From Balanoglossus misakiensis (Eukaryota; Animalia; Hemichordata): a DNA stretch of 64,000 nt. The notes under the pieces are model-generated. The model saw only the letters and a list, made by a program, of their open reading frames with translations, did no database searches and had not been told where the DNA came from. The stretch is from assembly GCA_040954595.2 (NCBI GenBank), contig CM082576.2:1772760-1836759 (forward strand), written 5' to 3'. Below are positions 50,169-62,900 of the stretch, piece by piece. A program made the translations under genes and the position numbers. The first letter of the stretch is position 1; the number at the start of each line of letters is the position of its first letter.

Positions 50169-50835
50169 AGAAGCAATTCAGAAGAGAATATTAGAAAACC
50201 ACGTAACATTTATTTATTTGAAAAGAAAATTTACAAGAACAATGATATACAAAGTATAATGTACAGTTGTGATCATTTTACATGTACTAACTTGTAAACA
50301 AATTGTTGACAAATAAAATAATTGAAATTAATCTTTTTGCTTGGTCTACTCAAATGTACTGGTATTATCTGTATAGTGAGATTGCAGAGATGCCATGTTA
50401 CCTGTACTTCATGTCTTTGTGTCTAAATGGTCTGTCTTTGCAGGAAGCATATAGAACTCCAGCTTTTACACATTAACTTTTTTTTTGCTAAAACGTCCAG
50501 TTTCACTTATGAAATTCCATTTGTCAGAAATGGCTGAAATCTGCCACCTTAAAATTTTGTGACCCACATCAGATTTTTATCACTCACCTAGGTAGCAGAA
50601 ACAGTGAGAATTGGCTACAGTGAGGTTAGTGCTCAAAGATTTATATGCTACAGTGCTTGCGTAGCAGAAGAATAGGTAGTTGACGGAACTTGAAGATGAC
50701 AACTTGATGAAAACTACACTGGACCTAATCACTTGAAACATTTAGATGTAATTGAAACATCAAGAAGTACATGTTTTCTGTAGCTTTGTGATGTGATACA
50801 TAGTTTGATAGGGAATTTCTATCATACTAAGTTGA

Positions 50836-52915
50836 TTACATTTCATCATCCATTCCCAAGTCCTCTTCTGGGAAATCACCAACTGTCACAAATTCTGGCT
50901 TAAGAAAAGCACCATATTTATCTTGACATTCAAAATAGCGTTTGCCTTTTACACTGAAAAAAAGAAAACACATTTATAGATTTAACCATTTTACACAGTG
51001 GATTGGTGTCTTGTGAACACAGCCATTACATTGATCAAGCTGACTAGTTGTCTGTTCACAAACAGTTGTCTCAAACTCGATACCGAAAAGTAAACAGTAA
51101 CATCTCCTAAACATATTTAAAATTAATATCATGATTTTCACTTTTAACTCCATGCGAAACATACCTGCCATCATTTTTGCCAAATGGTTCATCATATTTG
51201 ACACCCACCCAGTATCCTGCAGCAAAATCTGTTTTACCTGTAAACATAAATGTCAGTTTTTATTATCATACTTTATTCTTGCCAACTTGAAAGTTGACTG
51301 TGAGTGAAGTATTTGAATACTATGAGGTTATTATGAAAATATACCAAAGAACCCACAAAGACATTAGTGCAGAGGCTAAATTGGCTCATAGACATTTATG
51401 ATGGATTATTGAGTAAAATTAGAGATAATACCCACCAGCAAACATAACTGTGCCTCTTTTCGCAGGAGGTGCTTTTGGATTATTGACCTGGCATCTTGAC
51501 CCTATTGACATTTTCTCAACCAATGCCTTCTCTTCCTCCAGTTTTGCTTGTTTTTCTTTTTCTATTCTTTCTTTCTCTTCTGGGCTGATTTCTTTAAACT
51601 GTGCCATTTTTTGTCTCTTCTTAAATGCCAAAACAGAATCTGTTGAAGACACACATACACCCTTCTAGCCTTTCTATGCTTGTGGAATGAAGTCAGAGGC
51701 AGTGGCTAGTTCATTAAAGTAAACATGAAAAGTATCAACTTATGAAAAGACTTTTGTTTCCACCAAAGGTCTCACATTTCAGTAAGGTCTCATAATGCAT
51801 GATAGTTGAGAAAAACACATCCTTTATCAAGGAGATGCAGACTGTCCACACTTTTGAATTACAATACCTGTTCTTTTCTCATACTCTTCTTTGGAAATTT
51901 CAAATTTTTCAACTTTGGATAAATCTTCAAATTCTCCAGCCCGTTGTGTTGGGTCAGTGACCTGTGAGTAGGGAAGTACATACCTATATCAATGCATGGT
52001 TTGAGTTGTAAGAAGATCATCATGGATGGAAGTGTTGTTTAAAGTATATTTTGGTATACTGATAAATAAAAGATTACAGGCCTTCATAATCATAGAGGGA
52101 ATGTGCCTACACATAACTTGCTGTGTCAGGTAATGATGTGTAGACAAAACAAGGTGTCACTGGCTTCCGTTACTTACATGTAATCTCATACCATCATCTA
52201 TTGGATATGATCCTAACATAGCTGCATCATTCGATAAACTTGCCACTGCTTTGTCGTTTTTGTCAAATGCTTGAATTTGCATTGCTCCAGCACTGCATCC
52301 TGTAATTAGTTCTAGTTTTCCCTACAGATACAGATAAGAAGACACACAAAAGCTTGGGTAAGCAAATCCAGTGTTAGGGTACAGCACAGGTAGCTGTGAT
52401 ATTTCTATGTCGGAGAATTATAGTGCTCGTTCTGCGGGATAACCAATGACCTCACTATAATTCTCCGACATAGAAATATCACAGCTACCTGTGGGGTACA
52501 GTAGCTGCAATCATTGTAGTGGGTGCTGCTAGGTTGATGATCAACCTAGCAGCACCCGTTACAATCATTGCAGCTAGAATTTCAGGACCACCAAATGTCA
52601 TGATGTAGTTGCTGGACCATCAATTCGTTTAGGTGACATTCCTGTCACTGTTACATTATTATAATGTCTAAGTTGTTTTCAACATGATGTTCCAATACCA
52701 ATAAAACCGCACAACTACACTACAACAGGCAAAATAAAATCAGCCCACACTAGGGACTATGGTTAGCCCATATTTCATATCCTAAAATGCTGTCTTACTT
52801 TCAGTTCTCCAATGGTAATATCCTTTTGGAAACGTCTCTCTGAAGCGAACGACGTCAAGGAGTTTGTGATTTGAACTGTCACTTGGGACTGTGTTATGAC
52901 GGAGAAGTCTGCCAT
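50836..52915 (-). CDS. TBCB: Tubulin folding cofactor B (ubiquitin-like domain + CAP-Gly)
   Basis: [96 protein letters not shown], ending [14 protein letters not shown]. Confidence 0.95.
52385..52493. mobile_element. 109-bp MITE with perfect 41-bp TIRs and an 8-bp TSD (P- or hAT-type), in TBCB intron 1
   Basis: GGGTACAG at 52377-52384 and 52494-52501. TIRs at 52385-52425 and 52453-52493 are exact reverse complements beginning CACAGG. Confidence 0.9.
52502..52576. repeat. Near-perfect 75-bp palindrome (37-bp arms, 3 mismatches), probably a collapsed MITE
   Basis: tagctgcaatcattgtagtgggtgctgctaggttgat-g-atcaacctagcagcacccgttacaatcattgcagcta. Confidence 0.85.
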
Positions 52916-53429
52916 TTCGTATCGAACTCAAGATTCCAGTCCGCTGATGGTTTTCTCTCGAGCCTAGTATTCTACTGAGTAACAACGTCTTTTCGCTTCT
53001 CGTTCAAACATGAAAACTAACCCTAACTCATGACTCATGCAAAGGACGAGTCTTGCATGCAAGCGAACAACAAGTTGAAAGGTTACAAATTAACCTTTGA
53101 CCCCTTCTTGAAACTACTGCTACGTTTTCTTTAATATTGTTATTTTTTTCGGTACAAGTTAATTACAAGCTGCATTTTTAATAAAGTCTGCGTCGTATCA
53201 AAGTTATGTGTTTACCAGTAGCGAAACATAATATTGATCTTTTGCATGGTTAATGATTGGTCGATCGCGCCTAAAATTAGAACCACGTGATTAATGGCGC
53301 CAGGCGCAAAAATAATTTTCATAGCTACTCCAAAACCGAACTTACAGTCTGTCCATACTTGTGAAGTTGTAGGGCTATTGGAAAACCGTGCATTTGTGTT
53401 GTATTTCCAGATTCAGTGACAAGATAAAA
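52916..53429. promoter_or_regulatory. Bidirectional promoter/5' region between TBCB and LRR1
   Basis: Divergent ATGs ~515 bp apart. Contains CCAAT (gattgg), E2F-like cgcgcctaaa and ggcgcaaaa, E-box cacgtg, and DR1-like taacctttgaccc. Confidence 0.65.
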
Positions 53430-55341
53430 ATGCGACTTACATGTGACATTGACATAGCCTGTCGACTTCTACCGTCTCAGGGAATGTCTGGCAAGGCAAA
53501 GGCTGCCAGGGCATCTTTATCTATTGGTAAAAGACCCGGTACAGATTCTAAAGAGGGTGTAGTCTTTCTTTTGGTCTGCACAGCCAAAGATAAAACAGGA
53601 ACGAAATATCGAGTGAGTATGCCATAAAACACTTAGTTGCTGGAAGTGTTCTACTCACTTCATCAATACCATAATTTGTTTCAATATTTTGTTGTTGTTG
53701 CTGAATTGTAACTCATTCAAACTTTTCATTCTACAATTATAGTTGAAGAATAACATAGAGCAATTCTTCGCAAAGTTTATTAATGAAGGGAAGGCTACAG
53801 TTCGATTGAAGGATCCCCAACAAGACCTGAGAATTAGCAAGGTTGGTATTATTTGTTTTTGTCAGTATTCCTCCAGTTTTGTGAGGGGAACATCTTTAGC
53901 AATGAGTATATCACATTTCCTTCTAGAAGTCCCTTGTTTCTGCATTAATGAGATTTGAGCACTAAGTTTTATTGAACAAGCCTGGTGATATTGGCTACAT
54001 GTTCAGTCTGACCAGGGATGGGTGATGAATCATGCTTATTCATTACAGGCAGATCCAACACAGCTAAAGACTTTCTTGGGAGCTCTACGGATGGCCCATC
54101 GCAACAGTGACCTTGATAAGCTCCAGTTGACACCACTCTCCAGAGCTAAAACATCTCAAGTGGAAAAACCTCAAACCAAGATGGTTGTATCAAAACAACG
54201 TGACTACCCTTTGACCAAAGCTTTCCCATGCAGCCTGGAATCGTTGAAAATCTCCAACTGTTCACTGACAAGAATAGAATATAGGATTTTAGGTTTGAAA
54301 AGACTGGTATCTCTAGATATGAGTGGTAATCACATTCGCTCATTACCAACATCTGTGGAACATTTCACATCACTGAGAGAATTGAATTTGTCCTGCAATC
54401 AACTGAGCGAGTTTCCAGCAACACTTTGTAAAGATCCTTTGAAATCCAACTTGGAGGTGTTGGATCTCAGTCAGAATCGGTTTAAAGTTCTTCCATCGTC
54501 CATCTGTGCATTGACTAAATTAGTCCAATTCAAAGTTGACAATAATGAAATCAGACAACTGCCACAAGCGTTTGGAAGACTACAGCAGTTGAGATTTTTG
54601 TCAGCCAGTCGCAACCAAATCAAGACACTTCCAGCAGGGTTTATTCGTCTTTGTCTGGATTCTGTTGATTTATTTGGAAATCCTTTCCTTGATGATGGAC
54701 CCTCTACAGCAGTTTCAAGACTGGAATTTCCAACTCTTCTTGAATTGGCTTCAAGGACGATCAAGAAGCATAGGTAAATAAATAGCTTCAAAAACCATTT
54801 CCTGTGTTTTTGGCAGCTATCATTTTCATTACTTTTGTGCAGCACCCAAATGGCTGGCAAAACAGCCAGTCATTCAGTGAAATAACAATTTGGCAGATTA
54901 TCTAACTTCTTACAATGTGAACAAGCATAGACAAGTGGACCTCAAAGATCTGCTTCTGTTATAGGTTACCATACAATGAAAGTGAAATTCCCAAACCACT
55001 ATGTGATTACCTTGATTCAGCCAAGCGATGTCTTTGTGGAATGCCATGCTTTCAGGTGAGTTTCTTAGAAGACAATGTTGTGATTACATTGCTTGGAAAC
55101 ACAATTCCCCATCGCCACAACAAAACCAATTTCACTATTTGATAATGTTCTTTCTTTTTTTCTTTCTCAGTCCAGTGTCCGTTACTTGGCAAGAGTTGCT
55201 CTGGGCAAAATAGCACACACTGTGATCTCGTTGGACCAGACAGGACGTGTACATGCTCCCATAGATGCCTTTCTCTGCTCTGATCGATGTTATAACAAAT
55301 ACAAGAACAACCCTAATGCATTATGGCACAAAAAGAGATGA
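53430..55341 (+). CDS. LRR1: Leucine-rich repeat protein 1 (CRL2 substrate receptor; N-terminal PH-like domain, LRRs, BC-box-like segment)
   Basis: MRLTCDIDIACRLLPSQG, LKNNIEQFFAKFINEGKATVRLKDP, KQRDYPLTKAFPCSLESLKISNCSL, an LRR run, FPTLLELASRTI, and a Cys-containing C-terminus (CLCG...C...FLCSDRC). Confidence 0.92.
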
Positions 55342-56968
55342 AAATATGTGAATAGCTTTATACAAAATAACGTTCAATTTTAAAATGTGTAAATTGTAGA
55401 TTTTAAAATTTGCATTGTGTCTTCTACATGATATAAATATATGAATAAAATGAATGTTTCTTGAAAGTTGCTGAAGGTGTAGTTTTTTCAGCTCACTTAC
55501 TTTCCCTGTAGATAAGTAAATGAGAACCAGGCAGAAGCCAGTGCATTTGGTAAGGCTACATGGGCATAGGCAGTTGAATGGGAATGTGTAGTTACACAAG
55601 GAAACACAGTTTGGTAAAGGTACATTGGCAAAGGCAAAGGAACCACTGAAAAACTGACATAAAAAAACTTGTATGAACACCACTTCTTTTTAAAACTTGC
55701 ATTTTTTCCGTCTTTATTCTCACAATGACTACAAAACAATAGCTAAGGATGTGAACAGTGATATGACCAAAGAAGAGGTTTATGTTGACAAATGAAAAGT
55801 AGTTTTGAAGTCTGTAAAAAAGCTGTTTGACATCAAATCAGTATCATGGGTCTAAAAATATCTAACAGATCATGTTTGAATATTCCCGATAAGCACATTA
55901 TCACAGATGTTCACCTTTAACCCATCATTTTAGGTGAGAATGAAATTCATTATTTTACCCAAGTGATACCAGCAACTCAACTTATCTGTCAGCTGCAAAA
56001 TTAATAAGGAGAAAACAATTGGGGAGAAAATAATGTCTAAAATGTTTACAAAATTGTCAATTACAAACAGGAAAAGATTCTCCACAAACTTTTTTGCAAT
56101 TTTGACCATTGTTACTGATACATTCACCACAGAAATCTACAAGGGCAGGTTTTCTCTCTTGAATAGTTTGAGTATTTTGTGAGTCTTCCACATGCACACA
56201 CATGGTACAATCATACCGTCACATTCTGACTACAACATTTCAACACATTCATTCTTTGTATATGATATACATACCAAATGCAAAAACAAAAGAAAAAATA
56301 TATATATAAATCACACAGAATGACTGCCCCAGTTTCTGGATTTTACATATTTACTTTAAAAAAAATTTCACATTACAATCATGTACACTAAACTACAATA
56401 TCAATATACAATATTCCTGGTTTCAACTTAGGAAAATGGATGAAAAACAATTGTTTTGGATCACTTATGCACTTGGTAAAGAGACATACAATGCAAAATA
56501 AAGCTAACATGGATTTACAGTTACAGTACAATGTATAAACCACGAAATAATGGTTGTGTCAACTTGCATGGTTTCTGCAAGAAGTTCTCCAAATTAAATG
56601 AAAAAAGCATTGAAGAAAATATGCAAATACTGCAAAATGTTCTTTGCAGTTTGGTAAATATTGGTTTGCAGTTTTACAGACTGCTAGAAATTCAGTTCTT
56701 CAATTCTAGATTGTTGGGTTACAGATATTACACATTAATTTGGGTGATAATGTCCACTGACCACCAAACACCTGCCAATACAAATTTTAACCACTGTGCA
56801 CTGACAACTATTCACGTTTTCACACCAAAATTCCATACAAGAAAGTTGATTTAAGGCGTAACACACCTTAGTCCTTTCTGTACCGTAATAAAAATACCTT
56901 ATTGCATTTTATACAGGCATAACATTGTAAGATTGATTTTTATCACACTTAAAAAAGCTATGTTTCTA

Positions 56969-59900
56969 CTACTGTCCATCAATTTCATCATATCCTATAG
57001 CTATGTTGCTGGATATAGAACTGGATTCCAGGCTAGTGATTGATGGAGCTTGAGTCAAGTCACTTTTTCCATCATCACCATCAGCTGATCCTGAGGCACC
57101 ACTGTCTTCTTTGCCTTGATCTCCCGGATCACTCAAATTATTCACAGCACCATTGTCTGGTCCTCTTCCTCCAGCTACTTCATTATCATCATTGTCATCA
57201 TCAGCATTATCATCATCATTGTCATCGTCATCATCATCATCATCATCTTGGAATGGATCCAATCCCTCTGGTCTTTTGAGCTTGACTAACTCTTCACGTA
57301 GTTGGGCTGTATGTCTCTGTGAAGGAAAGACAAAATATCAAGTTAAAGCTGCAGTCCTGACCTGTAAATAGGCTATATCCAGTTAACAGACATAAGTACA
57401 TTAGCTCATTAGGTGTGAACACATGTGAGGTAAAAAGACTTTACCTTTAATGCAGCTAAGTGGTGTGACATTGTCCTTCCAACTCTCTTGTCACTACAAT
57501 ACTGTTGAGTTTCTTGGATCCAGTGTTCACATTGTCTCATGATTTCATGTTTCTTGATGTAGAAATGCGTTAATATGACCTGTTGGTGTACATACATGCA
57601 ATCTGTTACAATGTCATTCTATGCATGGCTGCAGTCTCTGTATTTTGCATGTGGAATCTTGCCGTATGTTTGCATATGTTCAAACTCTAATACATAAACT
57701 CGGTCAAATAATTTAACTTCCCATAGGTACTTGCCTCTTTAAAACAAGCTGATGGGTTTCGAATCATTTCAAGCATTGCCCATTTCACTGTTGCTTGTCT
57801 TATATTAGCGTCATATTCTCTTGAACTCTGTGTTCCTGATGGTGTTCCTCGTGATCTTTCATAACCAGGTTCATTGAAATACGGTTCAGCCACTAGAATA
57901 AGTGACTGTATGGACACTAACACCTGTGAAATCAACAAATAAGATCACCAACATGTACATCTATACTCAGCACTGACAGTCTTAATTTGATGACAAAAAT
58001 CATACACCATGAGGGGATATGTTGGAAGTTTGATCACATAATTATAATTCGGTTAGGGGGTCTTTTAACCCTTTCACCACCACGGTCCAGTTTTCTTGTG
58101 TATTAAAGGGAACTGGGGTGAAATGGTTAAACTATTGTCCAAGCACACCACTATGTACCTGTAAGAAACTTGATGTCTGTGAGTTCCACTTTTCTTCTGG
58201 TCTTCCATGCCAAGTATTGAGAACACTAAGACAAACCTGGAAAAGTGGCAGAGTTGAAATTATTCGTATGGATACAAAAAAAATTATCAAACTATATTGC
58301 GCTCACATTTGATCAGTTTTTGAGCGAAAAATGGCAAAAATGATTAACAAGCAAGGCACACTTGCTAAATTTGCATAAAGCTAACCTCTCTCCAGATGAA
58401 AAATAATAATACTCGGAATGAAAATGGACTCCATGATGTACTGACCTTTCCATCATTGTACAAGTTGGGATTAAACCTGACACTATTTTGACCAGTTGTT
58501 TCTAAGTTGATCAGCATTGGGGATTGGGGATAGTCTTGGGGGAAGTACACATCAAACTCGAAACAACCATTGGCATAGGGAGTTTCTGATGGTCCTGTGA
58601 TCAACACCTACAGAGACAAAGGAAATGATACAAATTAGACTGTGTTGTATAATTTGGAACAAAACACCAGTTTGACTCATTATAACTTGCAACACTCCCA
58701 CATATGGACATTACTGTGTAACTGACTTCATAATTCTGAAATCCGGATTCTTCCAATTCCATACTCATTGTACATGCCTGCAACAATTGTGATGAAGTGT
58801 TTCCTTACCTTCATAACATCCAATCTGTCTTCATCACACCGTACAAAGACAGTTGATGTAGCTGACAGAGGTAGTGATGTTGATAATGTGACAGCTTCCT
58901 GTGCCAGTCGTCTAGCACGTGCTGCATTGGACACATCACCAGCTGATTTGATATTCGATGCATACCGATGTGGCACATTGAAATTGAGCTTCCCACTACT
59001 ATCTTCTGAGATCATTTCATATGTATCTAGGTAGTACAACAATAAAGGAGATTAGTTGAAATGTCTTTCATAAAATCATTATAAAACTTTCCAAACAGTT
59101 TTTATCCTGAAATATAACATAATTCAAACCAATGTTGACTTACCAAACTGCAATTCCTTCATAATGTCCATGTACTGTTCTTCCAGAGACACTTTTGGTC
59201 TTGAAAGCAATGATTTTCCATTCTGACCATTACTACCACCATCTGTACTGTTTTTACCTAAAAGGAGTAACAATGCCTTTGATCAGAAATACTAACATTG
59301 TGCTTTCGACTGTGCTTAGATTTTTATTCAACTTTCACATTCTGTGATATTACAGAATTACACAATATATGCGGGCTCAATAAGCCTACCTTCTAGTGTC
59401 TTCAACTTGTCAATAGCTTTGAGAACAAGTTTCATAGTTTGTTTCAGATCTGGAACCAGTAATGCCAAACCCTCTGATTCAGACTCTTCCTCTGCTGTCA
59501 ATGGTTCAAGTTTACGACCTTTGGTGATTTTCTCCTTGTTAGTTCTGCAATATGAAAAAAAAAATATTTCTTACTACAAGCAATACCCAGTTACATCTAA
59601 ATACCAGGCTTTGAGAGAAAAGTCTCAAGGACCCATAACTGGTGTCCAAACACAGGTTAAATTTGAAGAATGCTTGTAAGATGTTGGACTTACTTGAGTC
59701 TGCTCGTATAGGTGTCCACACATGACTGCATCTTCTCCAACAGACCACTGACAGATACAGTACTCTCATTTCCGCTGTCTTCATCATCACTGTCTAAACC
59801 TCCTTGTAATGGCAGCAACAATGGCACAAGTAATGGACACAGGGCCATACCACGCAATAATTCCAGCAATGCACGGTACAAAGGTACATGTCGGGAAATA

Positions 59901-62900
59901 TCCAACACTGTTAAAGAAACCAAAACAATGTCAAGAAAGGAGAGATGTTATGATTGTGACAGACAAATGTGACATTACTATTACATGTACTACATTTGGC
60001 TGAAGTCTGTCTCTTACATCATGTCTTTTATTCTACCAAGTACGTGTTAACTATCTCACCTGAGTCATTCCTGAGATAAGATGATATGGCAGGAATAAGA
60101 CATGAATTGCTGAGAAGTTCGATCAACAATGGCGGAAATATTGTCTGTAAATGTTCCATGATACCCCATTCTATGTCTTCATCATCAACGGGACCTTCAC
60201 CACCAGGGTTTATGTAACTAGCTAAGACCTATACAAATGAACAAAAGATTGACCAACACAATTACATATATATACACATTGCTGGCATCCATCTTCATCT
60301 GTGCACGCTGTCATTTTGATTGTATGCAAATGTCCAAAGTAAAATGAGACCAAATCCAGCTTAAATAAATATATTGTATGCAAGCACAATGTTATTTTAC
60401 TTGAACGAACCTGCAACAAACATGTGACATGTTCCTCTTCAGCCTTCTGTTTGTTGAGGGCCTGTTCCACATCCCAACCAGATGTTGTAGATCCAGTACC
60501 AAACCCAGTTCCTTTGGCCCAATACGTCTGCGATTTCTCTGAAGTGGTCTGCTGGGTAGTAGGCTGCTGAGGCTGTGTCTGCATCACAAATGACTGAAAT
60601 TGTAATTCAAAGAAAGACAATACACAGAACTACTTAATGCCCCGCTTCACACATAGGAAAGCCAATACTTACGTTTTTTTGCTGGCTTGTTCTTCCATTG
60701 TCTGGTATCCATGTTTGACAGAAGTTCTTTTGCAAAAGTTGCCATGCTTGCATTGGCAGGGGAACTAATTGCTATGCTAATGCACATAACTGCCAAATTA
60801 AGCTACATATGCCAGTGCACATATTACGAACATAACACGGCTAGCTCTATATTAGATGCTACAACTTACAGACAACACCTGCAAAAACACACATCCACAC
60901 AGAGAGACGCTCCTGATCCCATGGGACCTAATTGCTCAGCTATAGTTTACATGTTCAATATAAGCCAACCTAACAGAGGAGAGAACAGACGATGTCATAA
61001 GTGACATGTGACTGTTCTTTGTCTTACCTCATGCTGTGCACTCGTCCCTGATGATACCCTCGGTCCATGATGACTCAAAACAGCCAGACAAGCAAGAATG
61101 AGATGAATTGCACCGATTTCTAGTGTCATCTGTCTGAGTAATACACCATCATCAGTAGTCAATGGAGTACTATCAAACAATGTCTTCAGAACATGGAATG
61201 GTAAGGTTGGTAAGGACGATGCCAATGGAGAAGACAAGATGTGACCTGTGTAGCAAGAGTGCAGTGAAGTCATATGGGTTAAGTTTCATCTATTTTATTC
61301 TGTTTCTGATAATCTAAGCACTTGCAATAATAACAATCTATCTAAGCACTGTAATTCTCAATATTCCAAGTGAATTTGGAACCGGCAAATGTTGCCAGCC
61401 TGAAAATGATGTGATGCTATTCCCACTTTATGAAAACTGCCCTCATCAATATCTCACTCTCCATGACAAAAAAATCTAAGTCTTGCCTCCATCTCCATCG
61501 TCAGTAACACCCAACACAAGTCTCAGTAAACATTGTGCTTTCTTCCTCTCTTTAAGAAGAACTTCCGCATATCCTGGCAATCTTAAGAAGAGTCCAAATG
61601 CTGCTAAGGAATGTGGTGGTACTGCCAAGCTGCTGACATGATTTTGACCAGCTGATGATGATGTTGGTGGTACCGGTGGTGGCAGTAAGTCCTGTAGCAA
61701 ATAGAAAATGGGTAGTCTTCTACATTAGTTAGTACTCCTTATTGGTTATGATACATTAGAAGTCAATACCTTTAGATTTGTGAACAAAAATTCAAAAATG
61801 CAGTGAATTTTTTTCTCAAGTATTTCAAATAACAGTACATTAATAACTTGCCTCATACAACTCATCTTCATTCTGTTCCACTGTGACCCAAGCTTCTGAC
61901 TGGCCACTAAGTCCAGCTGATTCAGAACCCTTCTCTACAACTGGACCTGATGCTTGTCTTGAAATGTCAGGAAACAACAAGGGTAGGTGTTCAGCAATTA
62001 GTGCCAGGCCTCCCATACTCGCAAAGACTTGTAAGATTGATGGTAAGCTTGGTGATTCTAACATAACACTGTCTGGGATTGGATCAGTGGCTGTTTCATG
62101 TCTTGCCTGGTCTGGTGGTGGCGCTATCACTATTTCTATGTCATCATCTGTGTGTACAGAAGAAGGTTAGGTAAATGAGTTTTAAATTTCATTTCATGGC
62201 AGAAACACAGAGACACTTGGGGCATACTAAAATAGAAAATAGAAAACAGACAGATGCTTAATAATGACACACTGTACCTTGGTCAGTTTTCAGCCTTTTG
62301 GCACTGTCAAACTTTGTGAATGAACTGAACTTCTTTGCACTGAGTTTCATAGAGAAATCCAGCGACGGGTAGCCTTGTGGAAGACCTCTGTCTTGTAGAA
62401 GTCTGAGCAGCTGTGCCACTGTCAGGTTATTGGGTAATGCTTGGCCTGGTATCAATTGATGGTACAAGGACAACACAGGTATATTCATAGGTTCACTTGC
62501 AAGTGCTTTTTCAGCAGACGGTTTTCCACGTCGACTTGGTGGGCGTGGTGGTAATGCTTTCTCTGCTCTCTTTCCTTTCACTTTCATACCTAAAAGGAAG
62601 CATGAGGAAAAATAAAATTGTCATTTTGAGAGTTGATCAATCATGTGGCAAGACAGCATGTTGCTTCATTTGATTTTTAAAGTATAAAGTTCTACTGAAC
62701 CCAATATGTGGTATCACAAAACGGCATTGGTTTCTACAAAATTATTTCATCCAAGCAATACCTGCTGCAACTGTGAGGTTTTCAAGCACTTCCATGGATC
62801 CTTGCAGACCTTCCAAAGCACCATTCTCTTGTGGTGGTTCTTCCTCAGTCATTGATTTCTCAACTTTCTCCTCCACTTTACTCTCCTCTCGATGGCGTTT

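Noticed and set aside
53015-53028. Telomere-like ctaaccctaac
   Set aside because: Fewer than two full units, compatible with chance.
57040-57371. Poly-His and poly-Ser ORFs on the + strand
   Set aside because: Antisense reading of the GAT-rich acidic tail of BIRC6.
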